IMG/VR virus record: IMGVR_UViG_3300031992_000011
Direction: 5' to 3' (one strand)
Origin: a virus
Taxonomy: Duplodnaviria; Caudoviricetes
Length of the DNA: 64,000 nt
Positions within the stretch are counted from its first letter, which is position 1. The number at the start of each line of letters is the position of its first letter. Shown here one piece after another: positions 10,653 through 22,600 of the stretch. Under the pieces are notes generated by a model. That model saw only the letters and a list, made by a program, of their open reading frames with translations. It ran no database searches and was not told where the DNA came from. The position numbers were made by a program, and so were the translations under genes.

Positions 10653-12086
10653 ATGTCAAAAAGCAACACGACCGACAAGTCTAACCTTGGGTATCTCGGT
10701 ATAGATTTTCAGATAAAGCTGGTGAAATGCTTTTTTGAGGACCAGAACTTCTTCTGTGGCATAACAGACATCACGGACCAGAACATGTTCACCGACGAGA
10801 ATCTGCGGAGGATTGTCGGGTTCATGAAGGACCGGTACAACTTCACCGGTGTCACGCCGACGTATCTTGAGATTGAGACCATTGTAAGGGCGAAGGTGTC
10901 TGACGCCATAAGTGTCCGCATGCTGATAGAGACGCTGAACAGGATAAAATCAACTGACCTTCAGTTCATGGACATCATCGAGGACGAGTCCGAAAAGTTC
11001 TTCAAACAGCAAAACCTCACCAAGGCGATACACGCCTCGATGGACATCATAAAGAAGGGCGACTTCCAGTCGTACCCCAAAATAGAAAAAATGATAACTG
11101 ACGCACTGGCCGTCAACACGAAGCAGGACCTCGGTTTTCATATTTTCGACCACATCGAGAGCGACTTGAGTGACGAATACAGAGTGGCCATCCCTACCGG
11201 TGCCGACAAACTCGATGAGGCGCTCATGGGAGGCATAGGCAAGGGAGAACTTGGTGTGATAGTGTGCCCTAGCGGTGTAGGAAAGACATCATCGACCACA
11301 GGTTTTGCCGCACACGCCGCAACATACAAGCATGAATTGAACAATTTTCAGGGGTTCAAGGTGCTGCATTTCTTCTTTGAGGACACTGAGACTGCCATAC
11401 GACGGAAGTATTTCGGATATATGCTTGACATCGACGCCAGCATGCTTTCAGACCCGAACATACGTCCGAAGGCGCTTGAGATGCTCAGACAGGACAGCGA
11501 GATAAAGCAAATGCTCAACAGGAACATCATCAGCAAGCGTCTCGAAAATGGCGAAACAACAGTTTCCAACATCAAGCATCTGATTGAGAGGAATATTGCG
11601 CTCGGATTCAAACCGGACCTTGTCATCATAGACTATTTTGAATGCCTTGCATATGAGAAGACCGACAGGAACGACAGTGAATGGTCACGTGAAGGCGCGA
11701 CAATGAGACAGATAGAGGCACTTGCGAACAAACTGAACATTGCGATATGGGTCCCGGTGCAGGGCACAAGGGACTCACTCGGGGCGGAGTTTGTCGGACT
11801 TGCGCAGGCCGGCGGATCGGTCAAGAAGGTGCAAATCGCGCATGTGATCCTGACGTATGCACAGACGGACGAGATGAAGCGCAACAGCAAGGTAAACATA
11901 TTTCTCGGAAAATTCAGGGGCGGAAAGATAACCCGAAACAAATTTCTGAACGTCACCCTCAACAACGGAACGTGCAAGTTTGACATGTCGAACATAGACG
12001 ATGACGACACAATGGACAATGTGTCGTTCACCGACCGGCAGAACCAGTTGGCAAGACAGACTCTCAACATGCAGCGAAGAAGATAG
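10653..12086 (+). CDS. Replicative DNA helicase (DnaB/gp41-like)
   Basis: IPTG..LDEALMGG, PSGVGKTS, VIIDYFE, WVPVQGTR, KFRGG. Confidence 0.9.
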   Translation: MSKSNTTDKSNLGYLGIDFQIKLVKCFFEDQNFFCGITDITDQNMFTDENLRRIVGFMKDRYNFTGVTPTYLEIETIVRAKVSDAISVRMLIETLNRIKSTDLQFMDIIEDESEKFFKQQNLTKAIHASMDIIKKGDFQSYPKIEKMITDALAVNTKQDLGFHIFDHIESDLSDEYRVAIPTGADKLDEALMGGIGKGELGVIVCPSGVGKTSSTTGFAAHAATYKHELNNFQGFKVLHFFFEDTETAIRRKYFGYMLDIDASMLSDPNIRPKALEMLRQDSEIKQMLNRNIISKRLENGETTVSNIKHLIERNIALGFKPDLVIIDYFECLAYEKTDRNDSEWSREGATMRQIEALANKLNIAIWVPVQGTRDSLGAEFVGLAQAGGSVKKVQIAHVILTYAQTDEMKRNSKVNIFLGKFRGGKITRNKFLNVTLNNGTCKFDMSNIDDDDTMDNVSFTDRQNQLARQTLNMQRRR

Positions 12087-12226
12087 GCAAAAAAAAGTTT
12101 CATGACACATTTGTTTGTGCCACAATATTATAAGTGCAGACATTGGACCGGCGGAGTGTAAATTGATTCTAAAACGCCGGTTCTTGTCGCTATATATGAT
12201 TTAGCAACTTAGATAAACACATAAAC

Positions 12227-14425
12227 ATGGACGTCAAAAAAAGGGACAAGACTTTGGAGAAATTTAATTTCTCTAAGATAGAAAACGCTGTTAAAAAGGC
12301 ATTTAGCGAAACGAACGTTGATATGCCGGAAGATGTTCTGCAATGCCTCAAGGACAAATACGACGAGAGTTCAGATACTGTCGTCGATGTCGAGGAAATA
12401 CAGGATAGTGTCGAAGACTGTCTGATGTCATACAGTCCGAAAGTGGCCAAGGCATATATCATATACCGGTATGAGCACAAGGTCATGCGCGAGAACAAGG
12501 ACAAGCTGTTCCGCGAGGTCGGAAGGAAACTCAAGGCCGAGGACGTGCAGAACCAGAATGCCAACGTTGACGAGTATTCATTCGGAGGAAGGATTGGCGA
12601 GGCGACAAGACTCGTGACCAAGGAATACGCGCTCAAGAACTGCATGACAAGAAAGTCGAGGAACAACCATTTGAACAATGAGATATACATCCATGACCTT
12701 GACAACTACGCCGTAGGAATGCACAATTGTTTAAGTGTTCCATTCGACGACCTTCTCGCCAACGGTTTCAGTGTGAGACAGACCGACATACGACCGGCGA
12801 ACAGTGTGGACACCGCAATGCAGCTGGTCGCGGTGTTGTTCCAGATTCAAAGTCAGTCGCAGTTCGGCGGGGTGTCCGCCACACATCTTGATTGGACAAT
12901 GGTTCCATATGTGCGAAAGTCATTCTTCAAGCATTTCAATGACGGACGCGAGTGGGTAAGCGGCAAGGAACGTCTGCCGAAGACAAGCAAAATCACCGAG
13001 ACGCCGATAGAGTCATGGAAAGATGTCGACAACAAGGCGTACGAATATGCGCTCGCACTGACACAAAGGGAGATAGACCAGTCAGTGGAAGGTCTTTACC
13101 ATAACCTCAACTCACTTCAGAGCAGAAGCGGAGACCAGCTGCCGTTCTCCTCAATAAACTACGGCACATGCACACTGACCGAAGGGCGTATGGTGATAAA
13201 GGCGCTGCTGGAAGGTTCGATAAACGGTGTCGGCAAGTTTCATCGAACACCGATTTTCCCGTGCGGAATATTCCAAATGATGTCCGGCGTGAACCGCAAA
13301 CCGGGAGAACCGAATTATGACATGTACAAACTCGCGCTACAGTCGACAGCGAAGCGGCTGTATCCGAATTACGCGAACTGTGATTGGAGCGGAAATGCCG
13401 GATATGACAGGAATGACCCGCGGACATATTTCTCGACAATGGGATGCCGTACAGCGAACGGTTTTGACATCAACGGGTTTGGTCAGCTCAAGGACGGCCG
13501 CGGCAACATATGTCCCGTGACAATCATCATGCCGAAAATCGCGATGCTCGCCAAGTCGTCAGTCGGAGAAAACGCGACAAAGGAAGAAACGGTGAACGCG
13601 TTCATGAGGATGCTTGACAAAAAGATAGGTGAAGCGAAAGATATGCTGCTCGAAAGGTTTGAATGGATTGCCAGCCAAAGCCCGTCGTCAGCAAAATTCA
13701 TGTGGGACAACAACACCATGGCCGGATATGTGCCGGAAGAAGGGATAAGGTCCGCGCTCAAGCACGGCACACTGTCGCTCGGACAGATAGGACTTGCCGA
13801 GACGCTCATCGCACTGATCGGGTGCGACCACACCAAACCCGAAGGAATGGAATTGGCCAAACGCATTGAGGGATTGTTCAAGAAGCGCTGCGCCGAGTAC
13901 AAGGAGAAATATCGGCTGAATTTCGGCGTGTACTACACTCCGGCCGAGAACCTGTGCTACACTTCAATGAAGAAATTCAAGGCTGAATACGGGGTGATAC
14001 CCGGCGTTTCCGACCACGAATACTTCACCAACTCGATGCATGTTCCGGTGTGGCACGAGATGACACCGTTCGAGAAGATAGACATCGAGTCGCAGCTCAC
14101 CGGATACTCTTCCGCCGGATGCATCACATATGTCGAACTTCCGAGTACGGCAAAGCACAACATCGAGGCGCTTGAGACGATAGTAAACTACGCAATGGAC
14201 AAGGACATACCTTACTTCGCGATAAACGTGCCTGTCGACACCTGCGAGGACTGCGGATACACCGACGAACTCGGCGAGGTGTGCCCGGTGTGCGGAAGTA
14301 GAAACATATCAAGACTAAGGAGAGTGACCGGGTATCTCACCGGCAGCTACAAGCAAGCCTTTAATTACGGAAAACAAAAAGAAACCGAAGAACGTGTCAA
14401 ACATGATGCCATAACCCTTGAGTGA
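12227..14425 (+). CDS. nrdD: Anaerobic ribonucleoside-triphosphate reductase with ATP cone
   Basis: VKKRD ATP cone, YIHDLD, MGCRT, PAENL, YFTNS, CxxC/CxxC, RRVTGYL glycyl radical motif. Confidence 0.96.
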   Translation: MDVKKRDKTLEKFNFSKIENAVKKAFSETNVDMPEDVLQCLKDKYDESSDTVVDVEEIQDSVEDCLMSYSPKVAKAYIIYRYEHKVMRENKDKLFREVGRKLKAEDVQNQNANVDEYSFGGRIGEATRLVTKEYALKNCMTRKSRNNHLNNEIYIHDLDNYAVGMHNCLSVPFDDLLANGFSVRQTDIRPANSVDTAMQLVAVLFQIQSQSQFGGVSATHLDWTMVPYVRKSFFKHFNDGREWVSGKERLPKTSKITETPIESWKDVDNKAYEYALALTQREIDQSVEGLYHNLNSLQSRSGDQLPFSSINYGTCTLTEGRMVIKALLEGSINGVGKFHRTPIFPCGIFQMMSGVNRKPGEPNYDMYKLALQSTAKRLYPNYANCDWSGNAGYDRNDPRTYFSTMGCRTANGFDINGFGQLKDGRGNICPVTIIMPKIAMLAKSSVGENATKEETVNAFMRMLDKKIGEAKDMLLERFEWIASQSPSSAKFMWDNNTMAGYVPEEGIRSALKHGTLSLGQIGLAETLIALIGCDHTKPEGMELAKRIEGLFKKRCAEYKEKYRLNFGVYYTPAENLCYTSMKKFKAEYGVIPGVSDHEYFTNSMHVPVWHEMTPFEKIDIESQLTGYSSAGCITYVELPSTAKHNIEALETIVNYAMDKDIPYFAINVPVDTCEDCGYTDELGEVCPVCGSRNISRLRRVTGYLTGSYKQAFNYGKQKETEERVKHDAITLE

Positions 14426-14913
14426 CGATGAATTATCAGAGAATAACCTACACTGACATAAACAACGGCACCGGATGCCGCGTGACCCTTTGGGTTTCCG
14501 GATGCACGCACCATTGCAAAGGATGCCACAACAAGTGCACTTGGGATTTCAACGGAGGCAAACCGTTTGACGCCGAAGCAAAGGAAAAACTGTTTTCCGT
14601 TCTGTCACTTCCGTACATAAAGGGACTTACACTGTCAGGCGGCGACCCTATGGACAGTTATCTTGACGTCGCAGACCTCGTACATGAGGTAAAGTGCAAG
14701 TTTCCGAAAAAGGACATATGGATGTACACGGGATACACACTCCACGAGGCGGCAAAGAAAGACGTGCTATCCATGCTTGACGAGATAGACTATGTCGTTG
14801 ACGGGGAATATGTCGAGGAAAAGCGGGACACGTCATTGGCGTTCAGAGGTTCGTCCAATCAGATAATATGGAAACGCTGTGTCAATGACACCTTTGAAAA
14901 GGTGGAATTGTGA
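14422..14913 (+). CDS. nrdG: Anaerobic RNR activating radical-SAM enzyme
   Basis: GCTHHCKGCHN, LSGGDP, DG.Y, FRGSSNQ. Confidence 0.95.
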   Translation: MTMNYQRITYTDINNGTGCRVTLWVSGCTHHCKGCHNKCTWDFNGGKPFDAEAKEKLFSVLSLPYIKGLTLSGGDPMDSYLDVADLVHEVKCKFPKKDIWMYTGYTLHEAAKKDVLSMLDEIDYVVDGEYVEEKRDTSLAFRGSSNQIIWKRCVNDTFEKVEL

Positions 14914-14940
14914 AACAACCCAGCTTGACACACTCAAAAC

Positions 14941-14974
14941 AAAATGCCCATATTTAACAATGTGGGCATTTTTT
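14941..14974 (+). terminator. Intrinsic terminator, with a TATTTA motif at the stem/loop
   Basis: AAAATGCCCATA / TGTGGGCATTTT hairpin plus T run. Confidence 0.65.
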
Positions 14975-15001
14975 GTATACATACGCCCGCGACAGTTGGG
15001 A

Positions 15002-15391
15002 ATGGCCAAGATTCAACATTACGACATAAAGTTTCCTGTAACGCACAAGTCCGACGAGAAGACACTGTTTGACCTGAACGGCAACGCCGTCGAGGGGATA
15101 CGTTCACAGCTCATGCACTTGATATTCACGCCGGTCGGCGAGAGGTTAAGGAAACCAAATTTCGGGTCAAAACTGATACAGTTCATATTTGAGCCGAACG
15201 ACTCACAGACTTACGGCGACGTGATAGGGGAAATTCGAGACATGGTGCGGATGAACATTCCCGGATGTGAACTCGGGAACATAGACATATACGAGACCGA
15301 CAATGGGCGGGGTCTCATCGCCAGTGTCGAATTCAGCGCAGTCGACGAAGCCGGCGACAGATACGAGGACAGAATCATAACACGACTATAA
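15002..15391 (+). CDS. Baseplate wedge protein, gp25/GPW family
   Basis: IKFP, LIFTPVGERLRKPNFGSKL..FIFEPND. Confidence 0.85.
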   Translation: MAKIQHYDIKFPVTHKSDEKTLFDLNGNAVEGIRSQLMHLIFTPVGERLRKPNFGSKLIQFIFEPNDSQTYGDVIGEIRDMVRMNIPGCELGNIDIYETDNGRGLIASVEFSAVDEAGDRYEDRIITRL

Positions 15392-15392
15392 G

Positions 15393-17432
15393 ATGTCAGA
15401 GAAAAGAATATCATACCTTGACAGGAACTTCAACGACTACCGTTCAGCGATAGTCGACATGACAAGGAAATACTACAATGACGTGATACCCGACCTAAAC
15501 GACGCTTCGGTCGGGTCGTGGATTGTGGACGTGTTCGCGGACATCGCGGACAACCTGTCATACAACATCGACAGGGCGTACCAAGAGACGTCGATAGACT
15601 CGGCAAATCTCGGTTCGTCGCTGATGAACATGGCACGCACACAAGGGGTGAAGATACCCGGACGCAAGGCCGCCGTGGTGGAGGTGGAGGTGTCGTGCGA
15701 ATTGCCGCTGAGAGCGTCGTCTTCAACAGACTCATACGGAGACCTAAGGATAGCGGACGAGAGATATGCTCCGCTGCTCAAAAGGGGATGCCTCTTCTCG
15801 AACGGGATGTACACGTTCGAACTGTCCGAGGACCTCGACTTCTCAAAACAGTTCAACTCGCAAGGTGTGTCAAACCGCGCCATAACCCCGAACCGTGACA
15901 CGAACGGCAATATCGTGTCCTACACATACCGCAAACTCGGGATTGCCGTGGCAGGACAGAGCAAGGTCTATAAAAAGTCAATCACGAACAGTGACATAGT
16001 CCCGTTCATGACCATAACGATCGACGACAGGGACATACTGAATGTGGACAGCATCATCGTAAAAGACGGGTACGGAATCAACACAGACCCCGCCGTGGAG
16101 GAATATTTCGTGGACGAAGAGGCATATGTCGGCAGAGACGGGAAAACCGTGCAGAGATTCTTCGAGACCGACAGCCTGATTGACCAGTACAGATACGGAT
16201 ACGAGATAGAGAAGAACGGAGACGGGTTCTACAACCCGGTATGGGAAGACGAGATGCGTGCGGTCTACTCCGAGAACGACTGCGAGATGAAGACAGTTCC
16301 CGTCAGGAAAGTGGCGAGGGGAATGTGGAAGAGACTCAAGAACAAATTCGTCACGGAATTCAATGACGACTGGACACTGAACATCATATTTGGCAGGGGA
16401 ATAAGGAACATTTATGGTGAAATACCGTCCAACGCGTCCACCTTCACACAGTATATGATGACAAGGATGGAGGCCAATGACTATCTCGGTGTACTGCCTG
16501 AGAGCGGTTCGACCGTGTTCGTGAGATACCGAGTCGGTGGCGGAGCGATGACTAATATCGCACCCGGGACGCTTACAGACATACTATTCCTCAACATGAC
16601 GATAGACGGCGACTGTTCAGACGAAAACAGGGCGCTTGACGCAAGAAAGAAAAGGGATGTGCAGTCTTCACTTTCAGTGACCAACACAACCCCTTCATAT
16701 GGAGGCAAGGACGAACCGTCAGCCGATGAAGTTCGCTACCTCATCAAATACGGAACGTCCGAGCAAGGAAGATGCGTCACGCTAAAAGACTATCAGTACC
16801 GGGTAATGATGATGCCGCCGATGTACGGATGCCCGTTCAGGTGCGGCGTTACGGAGGAGAACAACAAGGTCGTCATATACACACTCGGTCTCGACTCACG
16901 AGGATATCTCAAGAGCGACATCGCCGAACCTGTGGCCGAGAACATCAAGACGTATCTTTCAGAGTACAGGATGATCAACGACTTTGTGGAAATCAGGTCG
17001 GGATATATCATCAACGTCGGTTTCGAGGTTGACATCTTCGCCGAGAAGACATACAACAGCAGCGAGGTGGCAAAAAGGGTGATCGACAAGGTCTATGACT
17101 ACATGGACATACGCAGGCACATGATGGGCGAGGACATATTCCTCGGCGACCTTGAAAAGGAGATTTCCAAGATGGACGGAGTGCAGAACCTCATAGCGTT
17201 GCGGTGCTACAACAGGGTCGGCAGCACGGACGGGTATTCGGACAGCGAGACGACGCAGGCACTTGTCCATATACCGTGGTGCGAGAACGGAATGAGCAAC
17301 GAAATCGTCAGCGCAGAAAGACAGATAGACCTTGAAGCATCCGACAAAGTCCTTTTCAGCGAGTGCAATTCGATGTTTGAAATCAAATACAAGAACAGAG
17401 ACATCGTGGTGAACGTGAAGCAAAGAGGATGA
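15393..17432 (+). CDS. Baseplate wedge subunit (T4 gp6/baseplate J-like)
   Basis: SYLDRNF, YRVGGG..NI, GGKDEPS, QGRCVTLKDY; follows gp25. Confidence 0.8.
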   Translation: MSEKRISYLDRNFNDYRSAIVDMTRKYYNDVIPDLNDASVGSWIVDVFADIADNLSYNIDRAYQETSIDSANLGSSLMNMARTQGVKIPGRKAAVVEVEVSCELPLRASSSTDSYGDLRIADERYAPLLKRGCLFSNGMYTFELSEDLDFSKQFNSQGVSNRAITPNRDTNGNIVSYTYRKLGIAVAGQSKVYKKSITNSDIVPFMTITIDDRDILNVDSIIVKDGYGINTDPAVEEYFVDEEAYVGRDGKTVQRFFETDSLIDQYRYGYEIEKNGDGFYNPVWEDEMRAVYSENDCEMKTVPVRKVARGMWKRLKNKFVTEFNDDWTLNIIFGRGIRNIYGEIPSNASTFTQYMMTRMEANDYLGVLPESGSTVFVRYRVGGGAMTNIAPGTLTDILFLNMTIDGDCSDENRALDARKKRDVQSSLSVTNTTPSYGGKDEPSADEVRYLIKYGTSEQGRCVTLKDYQYRVMMMPPMYGCPFRCGVTEENNKVVIYTLGLDSRGYLKSDIAEPVAENIKTYLSEYRMINDFVEIRSGYIINVGFEVDIFAEKTYNSSEVAKRVIDKVYDYMDIRRHMMGEDIFLGDLEKEISKMDGVQNLIALRCYNRVGSTDGYSDSETTQALVHIPWCENGMSNEIVSAERQIDLEASDKVLFSECNSMFEIKYKNRDIVVNVKQRG

Positions 17433-17457
17433 CAAACAACGGCAAAAAACAACATTA

Positions 17458-17493
17458 GCGCACCTTCATGTCAAGAAGGTGCGTTTTTTTTTT
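17458..17493 (+). terminator. Intrinsic terminator
   Basis: GCGCACCTTC / GAAGGTGCGT plus 9 T. Confidence 0.85.
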
Positions 17494-17536
17494 GTCAGAT
17501 ATTCCCTACTATTTATGGTAAGAAACAACACTTTTT

Positions 17537-17962
17537 ATGGGATACTATATACATTTGTTTGAAACAAAGGCAGCGCATGACGCAGTGTATGACGGTGAAA
17601 ACTACAATGAACCGTGGGTGGCGAGCATTGACGCGACCGGTGACGTGACATACAACAAAAAACGGGAATATGAAGTTGTAGACTATCCTCAGCTGACGAT
17701 ACTGTATAAACCGGGGGAATTTCACTATGACTTGGTGAACACCGGTAACACGAGATTACACATCACCAGAATAGATACAAACGTGAAATATACAGATGAT
17801 TCACCCGATGACCACAATATGAGTATGGAGAACATCTATCTTGACAGCGAGGAAAGAGAAACACGTGGGATTCATGAGGAAACCAAAAGCATCGAGGTTG
17901 AAGTATATGTGGATGGCAACCCGGAGATAATAAACAATGGCACCACTTTTATCGTGCAATAA
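17537..17962 (+). CDS. Hypothetical protein, stand-alone unit
   Basis: 141 aa, flanked by terminators, TATTTA upstream. Confidence 0.7.
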   Translation: MGYYIHLFETKAAHDAVYDGENYNEPWVASIDATGDVTYNKKREYEVVDYPQLTILYKPGEFHYDLVNTGNTRLHITRIDTNVKYTDDSPDDHNMSMENIYLDSEERETRGIHEETKSIEVEVYVDGNPEIINNGTTFIVQ

Positions 17963-18003
17963 CCAAAAAAGAACAAATACACACAAACTGATACGGAAAA
18001 ATT

Positions 18004-18031
18004 AACGCCGGTTGTGAGAACCGGCGTTTTT
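18004..18031. terminator. Bidirectional terminator between convergent genes
   Basis: AACGCCGGTT / AACCGGCGTT with flanking A/T runs. Confidence 0.75.
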
Positions 18032-18047
18032 ATTGTCTCATGTGAAA

Positions 18048-19241
18048 CTATTTCAACACTGCTTTGCGCATTTTCTTTGCAATGTCCGTCTTTTCCCACG
18101 GAAAGTACTCGATCAGGTAGCCGTGTGCGTCGAGACCGAACGGACACCACGATGAATACGAAAGATAACCGCTGACAGACGCAAATCGTTCGATTATCTT
18201 GGCCGGACGCAAGTCCACATTCTCGCGTATCCATTCGAGAAGTTTTGTCTTGACCTCCTCATTGCGGTCAATCTCCACGTCGACCGAAGAAGGCTCGGGA
18301 ACACCTATGGTATAGGACAGAGTGACCTTTGCAGTGTCCGCAATCCCGGATTCGACAATGTTCTTCGCCAGATAACGCGCCATGTATGCGCCTGAGCGGT
18401 CGACTTTCGTCAGATCCTTGCCGGAGAAAGCGCCTCCGCCAACGTTACAGTAACCGCCATAGTGGTCGACGACAATTTTGCGTCCGGTCACGCCACAGTC
18501 AGACACGCTTCCGCCGATGTTCCATGTTCCACAAGGGTTCACATCTATGATGATGTCCTTGCCGGCGATATATCGTGAGAAAACGTCATTGTCCATTCTC
18601 ATGTGGTTTCCTTTGATTTGGTTCAACACCTCGGCACGTACGTCAGAGAGCGGACACTGGTGCATTGTCGAGACGAGGATTCTCTCCACGCTGGCATTGC
18701 CATCATCGTCATACCATACGGTGACCTGTGTCTTCGTGTCCGGTCCGATTTTGTATCCCCACAGCGAAGAAACACGTTGGCATATATGTGTGGCGATATA
18801 CATTCCGAGAGGCATCCGTACGGGTGTCTCGGAGCATGCGTATCCGACCATGAAGCCTTGATCGCCTGCGCCGATGTCACCGTTCTCCTTGTCGACACCG
18901 CTGTGTATCTCGCTGGACTGCTTGCCGATAAGGTTGATCACCTTGATGTTGTCAGGGGCGAGGTTGTGGTTGGAAGGGTACATGCTGACACCGTCGAAGT
19001 TGCCGGCAAACGCGTCCCTGACGATGTTGTCGACGTCCACCTTGGCGCTTGAGTGGACCTCGCCTCCAAGCACGACAATATTGTCCTTGACCATAGTTTC
19101 GATGCCGCATCTCGCATAAGGATCCTTTCTCACATAAGCATCCACGAGGTTGTCGCTGATCCAGTCAGCCATCTTGTCCGGATGTCCTTCACTCACACAT
19201 TCACATACAACATACTTTCCTTTAATCTTTTCCATTGTCAT
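18048..19241 (-). CDS. metK: S-adenosylmethionine synthetase
   Basis: ECVSEGHPDK, GAGDQG, DTKTQVT, GVTGRKIVVD, GGGAFSGKDLTKVDRSGAY. Confidence 0.95.
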   Translation of the reverse strand: MTMEKIKGKYVVCECVSEGHPDKMADWISDNLVDAYVRKDPYARCGIETMVKDNIVVLGGEVHSSAKVDVDNIVRDAFAGNFDGVSMYPSNHNLAPDNIKVINLIGKQSSEIHSGVDKENGDIGAGDQGFMVGYACSETPVRMPLGMYIATHICQRVSSLWGYKIGPDTKTQVTVWYDDDGNASVERILVSTMHQCPLSDVRAEVLNQIKGNHMRMDNDVFSRYIAGKDIIIDVNPCGTWNIGGSVSDCGVTGRKIVVDHYGGYCNVGGGAFSGKDLTKVDRSGAYMARYLAKNIVESGIADTAKVTLSYTIGVPEPSSVDVEIDRNEEVKTKLLEWIRENVDLRPAKIIERFASVSGYLSYSSWCPFGLDAHGYLIEYFPWEKTDIAKKMRKAVLK

Positions 19242-19260
19242 TAATTGTTTGTTTTTTCCG

Positions 19261-19292
19261 TGAAGGTAAGATGTAATTTCCTAATATACAAA
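19261..19292 (-). promoter_or_regulatory. Bacteroidota-type promoter for metK (variant -7 TACCTTCA)
   Basis: Minus strand TTTG (19292-19289), 20 nt spacer, TACCTTCA. Confidence 0.55.
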
Positions 19293-19385
19293 TAAATTTT
19301 GTTAAAAAAACAAAAACTACCATTTTTGGTGGTTGTTGAAAGAAAAGTTTTCCGACACCTATTTTTAGATATAAAAGGGAAATAG

Positions 19386-19670
19386 ATGGCATGCAATTGC
19401 AAGAAGAGGTATGACGACATGGCGGCCGCCGTCGGTCAGGACGACAAGCAAACAACGGAAGAATGGACATTATTCGGTGTCGCGAGAAGCGTGGGCATGT
19501 TTTTCGGGCAGATACTGTTCGGAATAATCGCATTCATCGTAATTATAGTAATGGCGGTGCCATTCTTCTGTTATCTAATCGTAGCATTGACCACCGGTCG
19601 CGAACTTACGGTTGGCCTGAAGAGAAACAAGAGGATAAAATTTAGTCTTAACAAGAGGAACAAGAAATGA
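19386..19670 (+). CDS. Small membrane protein (N-terminal CxC)
   Basis: MACNCKK plus long hydrophobic segment; stop overlaps next start. Confidence 0.7.
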   Translation: MACNCKKRYDDMAAAVGQDDKQTTEEWTLFGVARSVGMFFGQILFGIIAFIVIIVMAVPFFCYLIVALTTGRELTVGLKRNKRIKFSLNKRNKK

Positions 19671-22600
19671 GCGACAGCCGGTCATACAGGATAAGGACAG
19701 ACATACTGAAGGACGAGAGTTCTTCCGTGCATGTAAATCTCACACAGACATACGACACATTCCAGATACTGTCGGTTGAACTGACACAGAGCAACGCATA
19801 CAAACTGTATCAGTCCGACTACGGCGTACTTGTCGGAAGAATATACGCGAACGGGGGCGTTGGCGTTCCGAACGCTAAGGTCAGCGTGTTCATCGAGGCC
19901 GACGGGAATGACACGCAAACCATGGACACCCTGTACGGGTTCAGCAACACCATGTCAAAGAATGTGGACGGGGTCCGGTACAACCTTCTGCCTGACTATG
20001 TGGACGACGCGTGCCATCAGACTGTCGGAACATTCCCGAACAAGAGATATGTCCTTGACAACGATGACATAATCGAAGTGTTCGAAAAGTACTACAGATA
20101 CACGACGACAACAAACAGCTCAGGCGACTACATGATATTCGGCGTTCCGAAAGGAGGGCAGAGGATACACGTCGATGTGGACCTGTCAGACATCGGCATA
20201 CTTTCACAGCGGCCGAGGGACATGATATACAAGGGGTACGACCCCAACCAGTTCGAGTCACCGAACAAGTTCAAGAAAGACACGAACCTTGGCGCGCTTG
20301 TCCAGATAATCAGCCACGACGCCGGCGTGTACATCCATCCGTTCTGGGGCGACACCAGTGACGAGGGTGAAGATATCGCCATCACCCGTTACGACTTCGA
20401 GATACCATACAGGTTCGAACCGACATGCGTGTTCATGGGAAGCGCCATAACCACGACTGGCGGCGCCGCGATAGGAAAGAACTGCACACCTACGGAGTCG
20501 CTCGGAAGGATGAGGGACATCGTGACAGGCGAGGGCAACATCGAGATGATACGCAAGACCCTTGACGGAAGAATCGAGGAATTCAGCATCAAAGGGAACA
20601 GAAACATAGACGGTGACGGCGTGTGGTGCTATCAGATACCTATGAACCTGGACTACATGACAACCGACGAATACGGAAACCTTGTCCCGACAGACGACCC
20701 TGCGAGGGGAATCCCGACAAGGGCGCGTGTGAGGTTCAGAGTCTCATTGGACGAGTCACCGGCCGACAATACGGCGAGGAAGAGGGCCAGATACCTCATC
20801 CCGAACAACCCCAGGGACAACGAAGACTATCCCGACTTCAGTACAACAAAACAAGTCGATTATGAGTTCGGCACAAACACAAAGGAAGAAAACTTCCGGG
20901 ACCTGTTTTGGAACAATGTGTACACCGTGAAGAGCTACATACCGAGAATACAGAAGTATCTCAGGACGACAGAAAGAAGGCACACCGGGATAAAGCTCGT
21001 GAAGAACCACGGCGACAACAACCCGATGCCGTACAACAACATGAGCATAAAGCTCACGTTCACATACAGACTCCTGTGCGTGTTGGCAAAAGTGTTCGTG
21101 CAACTCATCGTGTTCGTGAACAGACTTATCGGCATACTGTCATTCCCGTTGTGCATACTCGCCGAAACATTCCTCACTATAGCGAAGGGGCTTTGCTTCA
21201 GCATATTAGGAATCAAACCGTTGTGCTGGCTTGGCGCGCCGTTCAAGGCGATAGGAAACCTGTTCTACTCGATGGTGCCTTCATGTGTGAAGATAGACAG
21301 TGAGTTCTGTGGCGACAACATGACACACGCGTACACTTTCTACCCCGGATGCGACTTGGCGAAATGCGCATGGGAGAAGACAAAGAAAAAACATGCGGAG
21401 GACGAGAAGAAGGACGGAAAAACGCCGGAAGAAATGACAACTCCCACTCGCGGAACGGAGGAACTGTACAACTGCATCGAGAACGCGCTCGCCGAAGACA
21501 ACGATGTGACCTCATACAACTTCAGCAACGACTGGATCAACGGAACGCTGTACATGCCAATGTGGTTCAGGTACATCAAACACGCGCACAGAATATTCTT
21601 CGGACTATTCAAGACCAAGGAACGCGACCAGTGGTGCTCAGCGGACAGACCTATGGGCGGACTTCCTAAACTGATAGACGTCTGTTCAATCGGAAGGGGA
21701 GGTTCCACAGTATACCGCAACCACGACGGAAAACGCGAAACGGCGTACTATGTCAGCGGTTCGGTACAGTGCCCAAAGGAGAAAAAGAAGAACGTGTGCC
21801 ACAAGCGGGTCACGTCCGAGTCGCTGGACTACGGTCTGATAGTCGCGAAACAGACCATGTTGGGGCAGACAGTGTACTACTACAAACCGGTCGAATACAG
21901 TAGAGGAAAACTCAAGGTACTGTTCGCGACGGATTTAGTGCTGCTAGGCAGCCTTAACGACTGTGACAGGATCGGAACGCCACAATTCTTCAAGTATATC
22001 GAGAACAGCACGTACATCATGCCGGACACTGTGCTTTCCGCCGAGAATGAGACAAGCGTCACAATGGACAAGGACGGGAAAATGCAGACGACATACGGTT
22101 CAAACAGCGTGAGCGAATCCTCCGGCGCGGACTGGGGAAACAGCAACGGCGACTTGTGCAACAAGGATGACAAATACGGAGAGAAATCAGACGGTGGGCT
22201 TTTCTTCAGCATAGGATGCAGCAGCATAAGGACAACACCTAAGTCATGCGTGAACCTGAGCAGGGTGTGTGAGGCCGGAGTGACACTTGACCATTCGCTT
22301 GAGGTGACGGTAAGCGACGGGGAATATGAGCGCATACCGCCTGACGGATTCATCTCGGATGACGAAGTTTATGGCGAGTCGTGGAGGAGCATGTTTGCCA
22401 CAATGAACGGAAACAGTCTCAAGACGAAGGTAGACATCGGCACAGGGTTCCCTGTGTACGATTTCAGATACCTCCGCGCAGACGCTTTCGACAACTCGCT
22501 ATACTATGAAATGAAGGCAAGACAGACGCAGTGCGGAAAAGTGAATTTCAAAAACAACTACAAGTTGGAGAAATTCAGCGCCGGTTACTACGACTTCAGA

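Noticed and set aside
10653-14425. Introns or inteins in helicase and nrdD
   Set aside because: Both ORFs have normal length and contiguous motifs
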